Positions 29,234 to 38,825 are shown, counted from the stretch's first letter. The stretch is DNA of 64,000 nucleotides from Nitrosopumilus sp. (GCA_965214775.1 OZ243974.1:2304001-2368000), one strand, 5' to 3'. The notes: generated by a model not told the origin, from the letters alone. A program made the numbers and translations.

Positions 29234-30408
29234 AGAGGGTTAATTCGAAATTAGCAAATTTTGATCAAATGGGAACATAATGTACACCAACCCGATCCAA
29301 ATGCCAGTAAAATGTACATAATTCATGAAGTTATTTGATAAATTGTCAAAAACTCCAGACATTCAAGAAGATGTTTGCCGGCATGACTGCCCCCGAATTT
29401 GATTTGTTGTATGCAAAGGTGGCAAAAAAAAACACCCAAAGATGGACAGAAAGAGGCTTTCTGCTTTCTGCCAAAAAAGACCGCAAGCGTGATATCATCG
29501 GTGCAGGACGCCCGACTGCCCTCAGCCTGAAGGAGAGTCTTCTGCTGTCCCTGTTCTACTACAGGACGTACGTCACACAGGACGTGGCATCTGCCATGTT
29601 CGGAATAGGACAGGCATCAGTCTCGCGCTCGATAGACAGGATTGCGCCGGTTCTCAAAAAGTGCCTGTCGATCCCCGAAAAGATCTATTCGGGCACCAAG
29701 AGAATATCCTCAGTAGAGGAGCTAATGGACGTATTGCCAGAACTTGTCTGCCTGACAGATGCCTCAGAACAAAAGATATGCAGGCCCAAGAGAAAGGACA
29801 TGGAGAAATCGCACTATTTAGGCAAGGCAGGCACGCACACAGTCAAGGTCCAGTACACCACCAACATCCACGGACTCAGTACACAAGACACACCCCACTC
29901 TCCGGGACGCGTAAACGACATCACGATGTACCAGATGAGGCATCCCACGTTCCGGTACGACCAAAGAAAGGAAAAAGAGAAGGAGAAAAAGTGTCCCGGC
30001 GGCAGCGGGGATGGTGATGCGCCACAACAACAACAAAAGAGCACAAAGCTTCGTCACTACATGGACCGCGGATACCAGGAAGCACAGTTAGTGGATGCAG
30101 GCACGGACATCATACTCCCAATCAAGAAAAAACCGGGCGGCAAGCTCACTGATGCGCAAAAAAGAGTACAATATCACGCACTCAAAGATACGTGTGTACG
30201 TGGAGAACACCATACGCAGGGTCAAAACATACAGAATAATGGGCGACCGGTACCGAAACCCACTCAAAAAGTACGACCTTGCCAACAGTATCGTGTACGG
30301 ACTGGTCAACGATAGGGCGTTGGCCAGAATCGCTGCTGCGGCCTAATGAGTGGCGGCAGCAGAACGGCTGCGGACGGGGCGCTCGATTTCTAATTTCGGA
30401 TCACCTCT
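29234..30408 (+). mobile_element. Degenerate IS5-family (ISL2-like) element
   Basis: Imperfect TIR AGAGGGTTAATTCGAAATTAG / CTAATTTCGGATCACCTCT; frameshifted transposase. Confidence 0.85.
29335..30346 (+). pseudogene. Frameshifted DDE transposase
   Basis: HTH (SAMFGIGQASVSR), TDASE, DRGYQ in one frame; conserved YN..HSKIRVYVENTI in another frame after the A-run at about 30158. Confidence 0.85.
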
Positions 30409-30559
30409 CAGGGACGACATATGGTGCGAGAGAAGGGACTTTACATTGTTGCTGGTAGTATGCGGGCTTCTCATGGCTTCCAGAAGAAACCTTGCAGAGT
30501 ACGGGTTTGCCGGCCCGCCGCCGTAGGGCCGCGGTGGCTTTTGGGGTTACATTTCCGTC

Positions 30560-30641
30560 TACTGTTTATGCATAATCGGTGCAGATCTGGGATTATTACG
30601 AACAAATTCATCTTATTCAGGTCGATTACGCATAAAGTCTA
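30560..30641 (+). mobile_element. MITE family F, copy 2
   Basis: Right end CGATTACGCATAAAGTCTA identical to the IS TIR; left end degenerate; internal similarity to 27445-27525. Confidence 0.85.
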
Positions 30642-30663
30642 ACAGTGTTTTGTCTAGTTATTT

Positions 30664-30930
30664 ATGCAAGTACGTTTTTGGGATGTTGTGGGATTGCTTT
30701 ATACGAAATTTTATATGGATTTTGATGAAGGGGAATGGAGGCAGATTTCCAATGAACCTGTCGCTTTTCAAACAGTCAAGGACTCTGTCTCACTAGAGGT
30801 AGAGGACACTTCTCACAAGTTTCACAAATTACATTTTAAGGAGGGAGGCAAAATCAGGCTTTTGCGGGTTACGGGAAAATTCCGCCTTCTCTGGGATGAC
30901 GAGGACGTCCTTGACCAAAAAAAATTATAA
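30664..30930 (+). CDS. Hypothetical protein (likely start ATG 30715)
   Basis: MDFDEGEWRQIS... host-like ORF with TATA-like TTTATA upstream of 30715. Confidence 0.65.
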   Translation: MQVRFWDVVGLLYTKFYMDFDEGEWRQISNEPVAFQTVKDSVSLEVEDTSHKFHKLHFKEGGKIRLLRVTGKFRLLWDDEDVLDQKKL

Positions 30931-30952
30931 CCTGCGACTCTGCCTTCTGCAA

Positions 30953-32510
30953 TAGACTTTATGCGTAATCGGCCCATCTGATCTAAAAATACGACACAAT
31001 AGATCATTATTTGCACACCAACAACCCTAAAGATCTGTATGATTCCCTAACTGTATGGGCTCAAATGACAAGACTCTCCAAGCATTTCAAGCGTTACAAG
31101 CGCAACACGAGATGCTAGTCGAGCAACACGAGATGCTAGTCGAGCAACACGAGCAGGTATCCAAGCAAAACAAACAGATGTCCAAGCAAAACGAGCGTAT
31201 GAGGAAGCAGCTTGCGTTTGAGGACTCACTGTGGCAGTCCGAAGAAAACAAGACAAAAAGAGTCGTGCGCGGCGGGACGCCTCTGCGGATGCACGCAATC
31301 GAGGTTGCAGACGGCATAATCGGCGATCCGGTGCGCCTTCGCAACGTCACGGGATGCACAAAGGAGTCATTTACGATCATACTGGAGCGCTTTACGGAAG
31401 AAGTCATGGTCGACGAGGACAGACCCCTGTTCTGGGAGGACGACGTAAGAGGCGGCGATGCCGGAAACCGGTGCAAACTGTACATCAGGCACGCGCTGCT
31501 TGCAGTACTCATGAGCATAAGGACCAAGGCAACGCAGCATCATCTGGCCGCAACGTTTGACGTCGACCAGTCCACAATGTCCAGGTACCTCCGGTACGGT
31601 GCCGTGTTACTGCGCCGGCTCCTGCCTGCCTCCGAAAAGCTAACAAGCATCATCTGCAAGACCCCGGCAGGCAAGCTGGAGGAGGTGCTGATCCCAAAAA
31701 AGACGCTCCTGATTGACGGCACCCTGACTCCGGTAGACAGGCCCGGGGACAGGACCGCAAGAAAGACCAGATACTCGGGAAGAAAAAAGCGGCACATGTT
31801 CAACACGATAATTACCTCGAACCTGGACGGCCTCATACTGCACTGCGGCAAGACTGTGGACGGAAGCGTCAACGACAAGGGCGTGATGAACGCAGGGGGC
31901 GGCCCGGACTTTGGAAGGCACACCGGATCAATGAGGAATGCAAAAAACGCAGACGATCCGGAAGAGGCGTTTGTGATTTACAGCGACCTGGGATTTGAGG
32001 GCATTCAAAAGATGCTTCCGGGCGCCATACACAGGCAGCCCCCAAAGAAGCCCAGGGACGGGGATCTTACTGCAACACAAAAGAGGCGCCGCAAGCAGAT
32101 AAGCAGGGTTCGCGTCAGAGTGGAGCACCACATAGGGCGGCTCAAAAGATATGGCATTCTTACCATGCCGTTTGGCGGAACTGCCAAGGATCTCAATTAT
32201 TTCATGCAGATAATCACGGGTCTTGAGAACCTCAAGACGATGTTGAAAAGGAAAAAACACTATGGCCAGCTGCTGCAGCAGCTGCATCTGCTGCCAGACA
32301 CATGACATACGGCGGCACGGACCGCCATTCTTTCTGACTTGTCAAAGGGGCACATTGCCGTGCTGCATGGTTGCGCACGTTCTTTTGGCGCAACTGGCTT
32401 TTACGTGCGTCATGACACGAGATGCATGCGGTAATTTGATCCGATCAGCGCATTTGCGTTTGGAAAAGCCTACGGAATTTTTAATCACGGTCGATTACGC
32501 ATAAAGTCTA
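30953..32510 (+). mobile_element. IS5-family (ISL2-like) insertion sequence, copy 2
   Basis: Same TIRs as 20022-21558; 21 bp longer because of a tandem duplication. Confidence 0.95.
31055..32305 (+). CDS. DDE transposase (IS5/ISL2-like)
   Basis: Identical protein to 20124..21353 plus a duplicated HEMLVEQ. Confidence 0.93.
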   Translation: MGSNDKTLQAFQALQAQHEMLVEQHEMLVEQHEQVSKQNKQMSKQNERMRKQLAFEDSLWQSEENKTKRVVRGGTPLRMHAIEVADGIIGDPVRLRNVTGCTKESFTIILERFTEEVMVDEDRPLFWEDDVRGGDAGNRCKLYIRHALLAVLMSIRTKATQHHLAATFDVDQSTMSRYLRYGAVLLRRLLPASEKLTSIICKTPAGKLEEVLIPKKTLLIDGTLTPVDRPGDRTARKTRYSGRKKRHMFNTIITSNLDGLILHCGKTVDGSVNDKGVMNAGGGPDFGRHTGSMRNAKNADDPEEAFVIYSDLGFEGIQKMLPGAIHRQPPKKPRDGDLTATQKRRRKQISRVRVRVEHHIGRLKRYGILTMPFGGTAKDLNYFMQIITGLENLKTMLKRKKHYGQLLQQLHLLPDT

Positions 32511-32512
32511 AT

Positions 32513-32743
32513 ATGTCTCTTCAAAGCGAAATCTCTGAAATTCAGAGCGGTTTTGACTCCGTATCTTCTGAGAAATTTTTAGAGGTTTTGACTAAAATCA
32601 AGCCTGAACTAAGGAGTCCGCTGACCTCAGAGTACCTTCAAGGCAAAATTGACAAAGCCATGTCTGAGCCTGATGAGACTGAGAAAAAGAAGCTGTGCAA
32701 ATCTCTGATGCCTTATCTGGACTGGTATCAAAAAGGCCAGTGA
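32513..32743 (+). CDS. Hypothetical protein sandwiched between two IS elements
   Basis: 76-aa host-like ORF; ATG 2 bp from the IS right end. Confidence 0.7.
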   Translation: MSLQSEISEIQSGFDSVSSEKFLEVLTKIKPELRSPLTSEYLQGKIDKAMSEPDETEKKKLCKSLMPYLDWYQKGQ

Positions 32744-32823
32744 CGCTATCCGGCGTTGTCCGGAATTTTTCCAGAAATCTACCGATAAGCTTATAGATCA
32801 TAAGCGCAGGATGCGACAACCTT

Positions 32824-33855
32824 ATGGATCATAGGATCGACGTCCCCGTATCAATGAAATCAAAGACCAACAAGAAGGAATCCAAGAAGGAATCCAAGAA
32901 GGAATCCAAGAAGGAATCCAAGAAGGAATCCAAGAAGGAATCCAGCAAGGCCAGCAAGAAAAAAAAGTCAGAGTACACGAGACCTCCGGAATACTATGCC
33001 GAGTACGAGGAAAAAAGGAGAGAGGACAGCAAGAGGTGCGGCATCGGAATCAAAAAGATCCGCAAGATCCTCCTGTCCCTCCTCCATAACACAGAGCAAG
33101 AGGATGAAATTCCCTATCTTCTGTGCGTACTCGACATGGAGTACCGCGGAAACTCGTATCGCAGACACGTCGAATACATGGAGTCGAATCCTGGTTCAAC
33201 TAACATGTACGGGCTCAAAAAGGTTCCGGCCAAGTCGACACTGCATGATGCAGCCGTAAGGATAGCTGCCTGGGACAAGTCGGTGCTAAGATCGGTACTC
33301 TCAGAACAGGCAGGCGCAGACGCCAGGGGAACGTTGCTTGGCGACTCTAGCGGTTTCTCCATAATGAGATACCACACATGGGAGGACGCAAAGAAGGGCG
33401 TCATATCCAGGCAGATGTTTGCCAAGCTGCACATACTGTTGGCCCCGCACGGCAAGATTGCCGCCTGCGAGGTGACGCCGGGCGAATTCCATGATTCCCC
33501 GGTGTTCCGTAACGAGCTGCTACCGCAGGTTCCCAACGGCACAGGACACGTGATCCTGGATGCCGCATACGACTCGTATGAGAACTGCAGGGTCATAGCC
33601 GACGGAGGCAGAACCCCAGTGATATGTCCGCGTATAGGATATACGGTTCACGGGTTCAACGCCCGCTCCAAGATGCTAAGATGGCACAAAAAGGACCCCG
33701 AGGGATTCGAGAAGACGTACCACCAGCGCAGCCTCGTTGAGTCGGCCTTCTCGTCGATAAAGGCAAGGTTTGACTCCACGGTGCGCGCCATGTCGCTTCC
33801 GATGCAGTCGCTCAGGCTTACCCTCAAGGTATTCTGCTACAATCTGGTCAGCTAG
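32824..33855 (+). CDS. DDE_Tnp_1-type transposase
   Basis: DSSG, KLH, LDAAYD, YHQRSLVESAFSSIK motifs. Confidence 0.93.
   Translation: MDHRIDVPVSMKSKTNKKESKKESKKESKKESKKESKKESSKASKKKKSEYTRPPEYYAEYEEKRREDSKRCGIGIKKIRKILLSLLHNTEQEDEIPYLLCVLDMEYRGNSYRRHVEYMESNPGSTNMYGLKKVPAKSTLHDAAVRIAAWDKSVLRSVLSEQAGADARGTLLGDSSGFSIMRYHTWEDAKKGVISRQMFAKLHILLAPHGKIAACEVTPGEFHDSPVFRNELLPQVPNGTGHVILDAAYDSYENCRVIADGGRTPVICPRIGYTVHGFNARSKMLRWHKKDPEGFEKTYHQRSLVESAFSSIKARFDSTVRAMSLPMQSLRLTLKVFCYNLVS
32872..32943 (+). repeat. 12-bp tandem repeat x6 (AAGAAGGAATCC; KKES) in transposase N-terminus
   Basis: Directly visible. Confidence 0.95.
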
Positions 33856-34049
33856 GATCCATAATGCCGGTACGGTGGAATCGTCCGGCTAGCGGATGCT
33901 ATGCAGTATGACGTCAAAACACGGGCCATAACTGCACAATGCGGGCCGGAGTGCGGATTCGTCTCTATGTTTGCAGTCATTGCGCCATGATTTTGTACAA
34001 ATCTCCCCGGAAATCACGTCCTAAAATCACGATTCCGGACAACGCCACG

Positions 34050-34475
34050 CTATCCTGAAAACTGCCCTATTTTCCTTAGTGCGTCGCCGATTGTTTTGAG
34101 ATCTTTTGCGGCTTCCTCCATATTGCCTACCAGTTTGACAAAATATTCGTGACCATAATCTTGAGCTTTATGGATGTCGGCCTCGTAGCACTGTAACGCC
34201 TTTTCTAAAAACGTGACTTCGTCAACCAGCTTACTTGTTGACCGGATGTCATCCAAGCTATTTTCGATTTTTTCAACCGTTCTGTCGATTTTTGGAACGG
34301 TTTTTACTGCCTGCTGGTAAAGTACTGAGGCAAACATTGCAGCCGTATCTTTTAGTTCTGGACTGTCTCCTAGCGTCTTTAATCGTTTTTTGTAGTGCCG
34401 CAGTGATTTTAGGACAATCTCGTATCCTCCTTCGTCCTTGAGAAATATTGCACCAAGCCATGCTTTTTCAGACAA
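34050..34475 (-). CDS. Hypothetical protein
   Basis: 141-aa helical ORF; stop codon lies in the IS TSD. Confidence 0.75.
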   Translation of the reverse strand: MSEKAWLGAIFLKDEGGYEIVLKSLRHYKKRLKTLGDSPELKDTAAMFASVLYQQAVKTVPKIDRTVEKIENSLDDIRSTSKLVDEVTFLEKALQCYEADIHKAQDYGHEYFVKLVGNMEEAAKDLKTIGDALRKIGQFSG

Positions 34476-34742
34476 TTCACATGATCGTCTCTTTTATGCT
34501 ATAATTTTGTTGCCTCTTTGGCAGCGCTGGTATGGTTCCTGTGCCAAGGCACAGAACGGACTGGTGCCGCAGCAGACGCATGAGAAAATCGAAATTATTT
34601 TACAATGATTTCTGGCCGAAGAGATCAAAGATCAGCCAGATGTATGGTATCGCACATGTGCATGAGCAGCAAACAAACAAACAAGAAACACATCCCGAAG
34701 AAGAAAAAACATGTCTCTCCCAAACACGGGCCGTGCAGGCCC

Positions 34743-34911
34743 GGGATCTGATTCGAAACTAGAAACCGTAAATGTCGGGATTTTTACGTACGTTTGCCAG
34801 GTGATTTCACATACAGATAGCATGCCATTTGCAGGCATCTTGATCGGCTTAACGCAAGTTTGCTTATGCATGAACGATTCGAATCTGCTAATCGCTTCAA
34901 GCCGACTCTCT
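34743..34911 (-). mobile_element. MITE family C, diverged copy
   Basis: Reverse-complement similarity to 36530-36684 (GTACGTTTGCCA..ACAGATA..CAAGTTTG.TTATGCATGA). Confidence 0.65.
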
Positions 34912-35004
34912 GGACTCGAGTCTGGCAAACAAAGAAGGTCTTTTTTGTAAAGGCTGCAAATTCGTTATCGCAGTTGAGAAATACAAGCGAATGCTTTGGC
35001 ATGT

Positions 35005-35229
35005 CTAGACGTCATAATTTTCCTTAATCGGAGGTTCATTTCTGCTTATCAAAAATAGCATGATTCCTCCCAATGTGGCCCCCATCCCGCTTAATCCGAC
35101 AAACGTGCCAACATTCTTTACTAGTCTTAGGCTGGAATCCGTCTCCCCCAATCTGATCGAATAAAACATAATCAGGCCTAGAACAAGCATGCAAACTCCG
35201 ACAATTATGATTATTTTTCCAGTTTTCAT
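35005..35229 (-). CDS. Small two-TM membrane protein
   Basis: 74 aa, two hydrophobic helices. Confidence 0.75.
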   Translation of the reverse strand: MKTGKIIIIVGVCMLVLGLIMFYSIRLGETDSSLRLVKNVGTFVGLSGMGATLGGIMLFLISRNEPPIKENYDV

Positions 35230-35300
35230 ACTTTTTTACCTAATTGCTAACTAATAAACTCCAAATGTGGTTTTACTTGTTTTAGTGAAACACTATCTAA

Positions 35301-35355
35301 GCAAAATATACCGAAAAATTCGGTCACTTGCTGTCTCTAATTTCGAATCGTCACT
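35301..35355 (+). mobile_element. Right-end fragment of MITE family C
   Basis: GAAAAATTCGGTCACTTGCTGTCTCT identical to 36642-36667. Confidence 0.7.
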
Positions 35356-35367
35356 AGGGAAGTTGTA

Positions 35368-35480
35368 AGAAAGATACCATCACCGGGGAAATCGTTATTG
35401 ACGGGCAGACTGGAGAGAAATACGATGTCAAGCGAAGAAGGGAAGGGGGAGAAGGAGCGAACTGCTTTTTGGATCCAACA
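35368..35480 (+). mobile_element. Right-end remnant of IS481-like element
   Basis: Matches 56514-56612 (CGTTATTGACGGGCAGAC...GATGTCAA...GCGAACT.CTTT.TGGATCC.ACA). Confidence 0.8.
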
Positions 35481-35628
35481 GGCGAAAAACAAGGCAAGGG
35501 ATCTGTTGTTTGCCGATTGCCGCTTGCACAACTATCAGATCACATGTCCTGTCTGCGGCCGTTCCAGAAACGTTCAAAGAACTGATTTTTGGAGATCCTT
35601 AAGGTACCCAAAGACATCCGTATTTTTG

Positions 35629-36460
35629 ATGCCAGACAAGTTGAATAAGATCACGTCGTTTCTCCGTACCCTGCCGGATTTTCTCATTATAGGGGCTGCC
35701 AAGTCAGGTACCACGTCGCTGTACAGCCTGATAAGCGCACATCCGCATGTGCTTCCCGCACGGGTCAAAGAAATACGATACTTTGCAAGCCCAAGAAACT
35801 ATCTGTTCGGCCTGTCATGGTACCGCAGTCACTTTCCGATCGTATTTCAGATGTGCTGCTCTGCCCTGCTGCACAGGCACCGGATGCAGACCGGCGAGGC
35901 CAACCCAATTAACATGTTTCACCAAGATGTTCCGGGCCGGGTTAAGGCCGCGCTTCCGAACGTCAGACTGATAGCCATACTGCGCAACCCCATCGACCGC
36001 GCCTATTCAGAATACAACATGCAGCTCAGAAAGGGGCACGAGTCGCTGACTTTTGAGGATGCAATAGACGCAGAGTGTAACAGGTCACTATCGGGTGGTG
36101 ATGGTGGGGGGGGGGGAGGGCGCGGCATCGGATCCTAGATCCGAGTACAACCTTCATCACTCCTATCTGGGCAGGAGCCGTTATGCGGAGCAACTGATCC
36201 GCTGGTACAAGCACTTTGACAGGAACCGGGTCCTGATCCTGACGACCGAGGATCTGGAGGACGACGTACAGGGCATGCTTGACAGGGTCTTTGGGTTTTT
36301 GGGACTGAAACCGTTTGAGGCCGACGATTCAGTCATGCTCAACCTGGGCAGCTATCAGCCGATGAGACGCGACACGCGCAGGATACTAGTTGACTATTTT
36401 CGTCCGCACAACGAACGACTGTCCAATCTTTTGTCGCGTGGATTTGATTGGGATCGGTGA
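35629..36460 (+). pseudogene. PAPS-dependent sulfotransferase copy 2, frameshifted in a G11 tract (possible phase-OFF state)
   Basis: Paralogue of 28190..29143; the two halves (ORFs ending 36138 and 36460) join into a 276-aa protein if G11 at 36106-36116 is G10. Confidence 0.88.
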
Positions 36461-36529
36461 CCCGTGTCGAGTAGAATGCAATCCAAGCCGCATGCCGGAG
36501 TGGACTCTAATCCTTCATGTACCATGTCA

Positions 36530-36684
36530 AGAGATGGTTCGAAATTAACAGATTCGGATCATGCATAAACAAACTTGCCTCAAATCGATTAAAATACACA
36601 CAAATGACATGTTATCTGTCAAATGATTTGGCAAACGTACAGAAAAATTCGGTCACTTGCTGTCTCTGATTTCGGATCACCTCT
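36530..36684 (+). mobile_element. MITE family C (internal-deletion derivative of the IS at 29234)
   Basis: Ends AGAGATGGTTCGAAATT / ATTTCGGATCACCTCT match the IS at 29234-30408. Confidence 0.8.
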
Positions 36685-36772
36685 CTACCGTCCATGATAC
36701 ATGCTATGCATTTCCTCTGCAACATCTATTCGTAACATCCCTGACTCGTAACAGAATATCTCCTAGCCGGAG

Positions 36773-36862
36773 TTGAAGTCGTCTCCTTTGCCTGCCAAAC
36801 ATGAAAATCACAACTGCAGGCAAACGTGTGTCTGATTGCTGCCTAGGCAGGGGTCATCATAT
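36773..36862 (+). mobile_element. MITE family A, diverged subfamily
   Basis: Inverted counterpart of 28042-28132. Confidence 0.65.
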
Positions 36863-37595
36863 TGCTCTGACTCTGGAAGTTCAGGCACGAATTTTGATAC
36901 CAAAAAAGGGCCTTCAAACAGAATTCATGCCTAAACTCAGAAATGGATTCTATAGTCCGAACTGTTACGTCTATTCCTGCATTTTTCAATCCTTTTATCA
37001 CCTCCACGCGGATCATTCCCTGGAGGATCATCATATGCAACCATCTATCAGTGTGCAAAGCACAAAGCAAAAGCACCTTGATTTTACCCTTCAAAAACTA
37101 GTGTGCAAAACACATGTCTTGTTGAGGATTGATCCGTCATCATAGCTACGGCAAGAATGTTTTATCCTGTATTCAAAAACGATCCTTTTGGCTCACATTT
37201 GGCCTAGCTGGCTGATGCAGAAAAACTAAAAAATCGATCAAAACCCAAGAACAAGATTTGATCAAAGCCAAAGAAAATCGCTTAACTCCTACCATTGCAG
37301 TATCTAAAGAAAAAGAAAATATCGCTAAAAAATCTTGGAGGAAAAAACTAGATTAAAATCTCAAACCTGTATTTTCAACCATTCGAGAAAAGAAACAAAA
37401 ATCCAATGAATCATTGAGAAAGAAACGCAAAAAAAACTGAGGCCCAAACTAAATTTAAAAATCAGAGATTAAGTGCAACAACAAAAAATCAAGAGGCAAT
37501 TGCCGAAAAGGACAAAAAACTAAAATCTCTAAAAACCCCCAAACACGTTAAACCGAAAACCACAAAAAAAGACTTTTATCAAAAAGCCAAAGAAA

Positions 37596-38210
37596 TCACC
37601 CCGTCTTTATTGTGATTTCCTCGCCGTTGCCAATTGGCAATGTGACGGTTCGGACGTTTTGGTGTTTTTTAACGTGTTCGGCATACCTTGACATGTGTTC
37701 TTTGTATTTTTCTGGATACAACATGTTGTCTGTCATGATGACCCCTCCTATTGACACCATGGGTAATATCAAATCAAAATAGTCCGTGACACTTTCCTTG
37801 TCTGCATCAATCAGCACAAAATCAAAAAATTCTTGAAATTTTTCTTGGTCAAATTCTGATAAAATTTCTTTGGCAGCTCCATTTCTTATTGTGATGTTTT
37901 GAGAAACTCTGGCATCTTCAAAGTTTTTTTCTGCCCTTGCTATCTTGTCGGGGTTTTGCTCTATCGTGATAATTTTTCCCTGATTTTCTAAAATTGCTTC
38001 GGCACACCAGATAGTTGAATATCCTGCTGACATTCCTACCTCGAGAACGTTTTTGGCATTTTTTAGCCGTAAAATCATGTTCAGCAGCTCGCCTGTCTCC
38101 TTGGTTATGGCCAGCATTCTATCGTCCGGTGAGACAGCGACTTTTCTTGATTTTTCCAACTGTGACTGTTTTTCTAATCTGTCTAGTACCTTGGAGATAT
38201 CTGAATTCAT
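37596..38210 (-). CDS. SAM-dependent O-methyltransferase (caffeoyl-CoA OMT-like)
   Basis: VLEVGMSAGYS, FDFVLIDADK, GGVIMTDN. Confidence 0.92.
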   Translation of the reverse strand: MNSDISKVLDRLEKQSQLEKSRKVAVSPDDRMLAITKETGELLNMILRLKNAKNVLEVGMSAGYSTIWCAEAILENQGKIITIEQNPDKIARAEKNFEDARVSQNITIRNGAAKEILSEFDQEKFQEFFDFVLIDADKESVTDYFDLILPMVSIGGVIMTDNMLYPEKYKEHMSRYAEHVKKHQNVRTVTLPIGNGEEITIKTG

Positions 38211-38304
38211 GTTTGATCCATGTTTTTAAATAATTTAATCCTGCTTGATTTTTTCAAGTAATTATATTATAGCTTATATTTAGTGTAGAAATTTTTCTGA
38301 TTGT

Positions 38305-38685
38305 ATGGCTGGAAAGAAAAAAGTCGATTTACTAGAAATTGTTCAAGAAATCCTCAATCTAGACTCTAAGATGAGATTTACCGCAATCATTGATCCAAAA
38401 GGAAACATCAGAGAAGCCATTATGAAGACAGGCAAGACCAATCTAAAAAGCCAAAAAGAGGAAGAGCACTTTTGCAGACAGGTTGCCCAAAGAAGAAGCA
38501 TGAGAAAAGAATTTGATCGTTCTCTTGGAAAAGTCAGATATGTCCATGTCGAAAGAGAAAAAGTTTCACAGATGGTCATCTACACGAAAAGAAACATCGT
38601 ATACTTTACTATGGAACCTGAGATGCCCATAGACACAAAAATTCGCTTAATTACTAAAATTAAAAAAATTACTGCCGATATCTAG
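38305..38685 (+). CDS. Roadblock/profilin-like thaumarchaeal protein (DUF6659-like)
   Basis: ILNLDSKMRFTAII..FDRSLGKVRY...REKV pattern. Confidence 0.75.
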   Translation: MAGKKKVDLLEIVQEILNLDSKMRFTAIIDPKGNIREAIMKTGKTNLKSQKEEEHFCRQVAQRRSMRKEFDRSLGKVRYVHVEREKVSQMVIYTKRNIVYFTMEPEMPIDTKIRLITKIKKITADI

Positions 38686-38695
38686 TCTTTAGACC

Positions 38696-38825
38696 GGGGT
38701 TGTTTCCTAATTCCACCTGCCTGACTCAGTCTGTATGTTTTTCTGAATTTTTGCCCTTTTGCGCGCCTGATCCATGTGGCATTCCAGCGGTTTTCAGGAA
38801 TTCCGGCGAATTAGGAAACAGCCCC
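38696..38825. mobile_element. MITE family G (130 bp, 9-bp TSD)
   Basis: TIR GGGGTTGTTTCCTAATTC / GAATTAGGAAACAGCCCC; TSD CTTTAGACC on both sides. Confidence 0.9.

Larger units (their letters stand above)
32752..34046 (+). mobile_element. IS5-family (IS903/ISH1-like) insertion sequence with 9-bp TSD
   Basis: Perfect TIR GGCGTTGTCCGGAAT; TSD ACGCTATCC at 32743-32751 and 34047-34055. Confidence 0.95.

Noticed and set aside
30150-30170. Programmed -1 frameshift at AAAAAAG in the transposase
   Set aside because: The conserved C-terminus needs a +1 shift and the N-terminus appears separately frameshifted, so decay or sequencing error is more likely
35398-35628. N-terminal extension of sulfotransferase 2 with CPVC
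   Set aside because: Runs through an IS481 remnant; a TATA-like element supports ATG 35629
36900-37595. A/K-rich region as a coding gene
   Set aside because: Stops in all frames; probably a decayed coiled-coil gene that cannot be assigned
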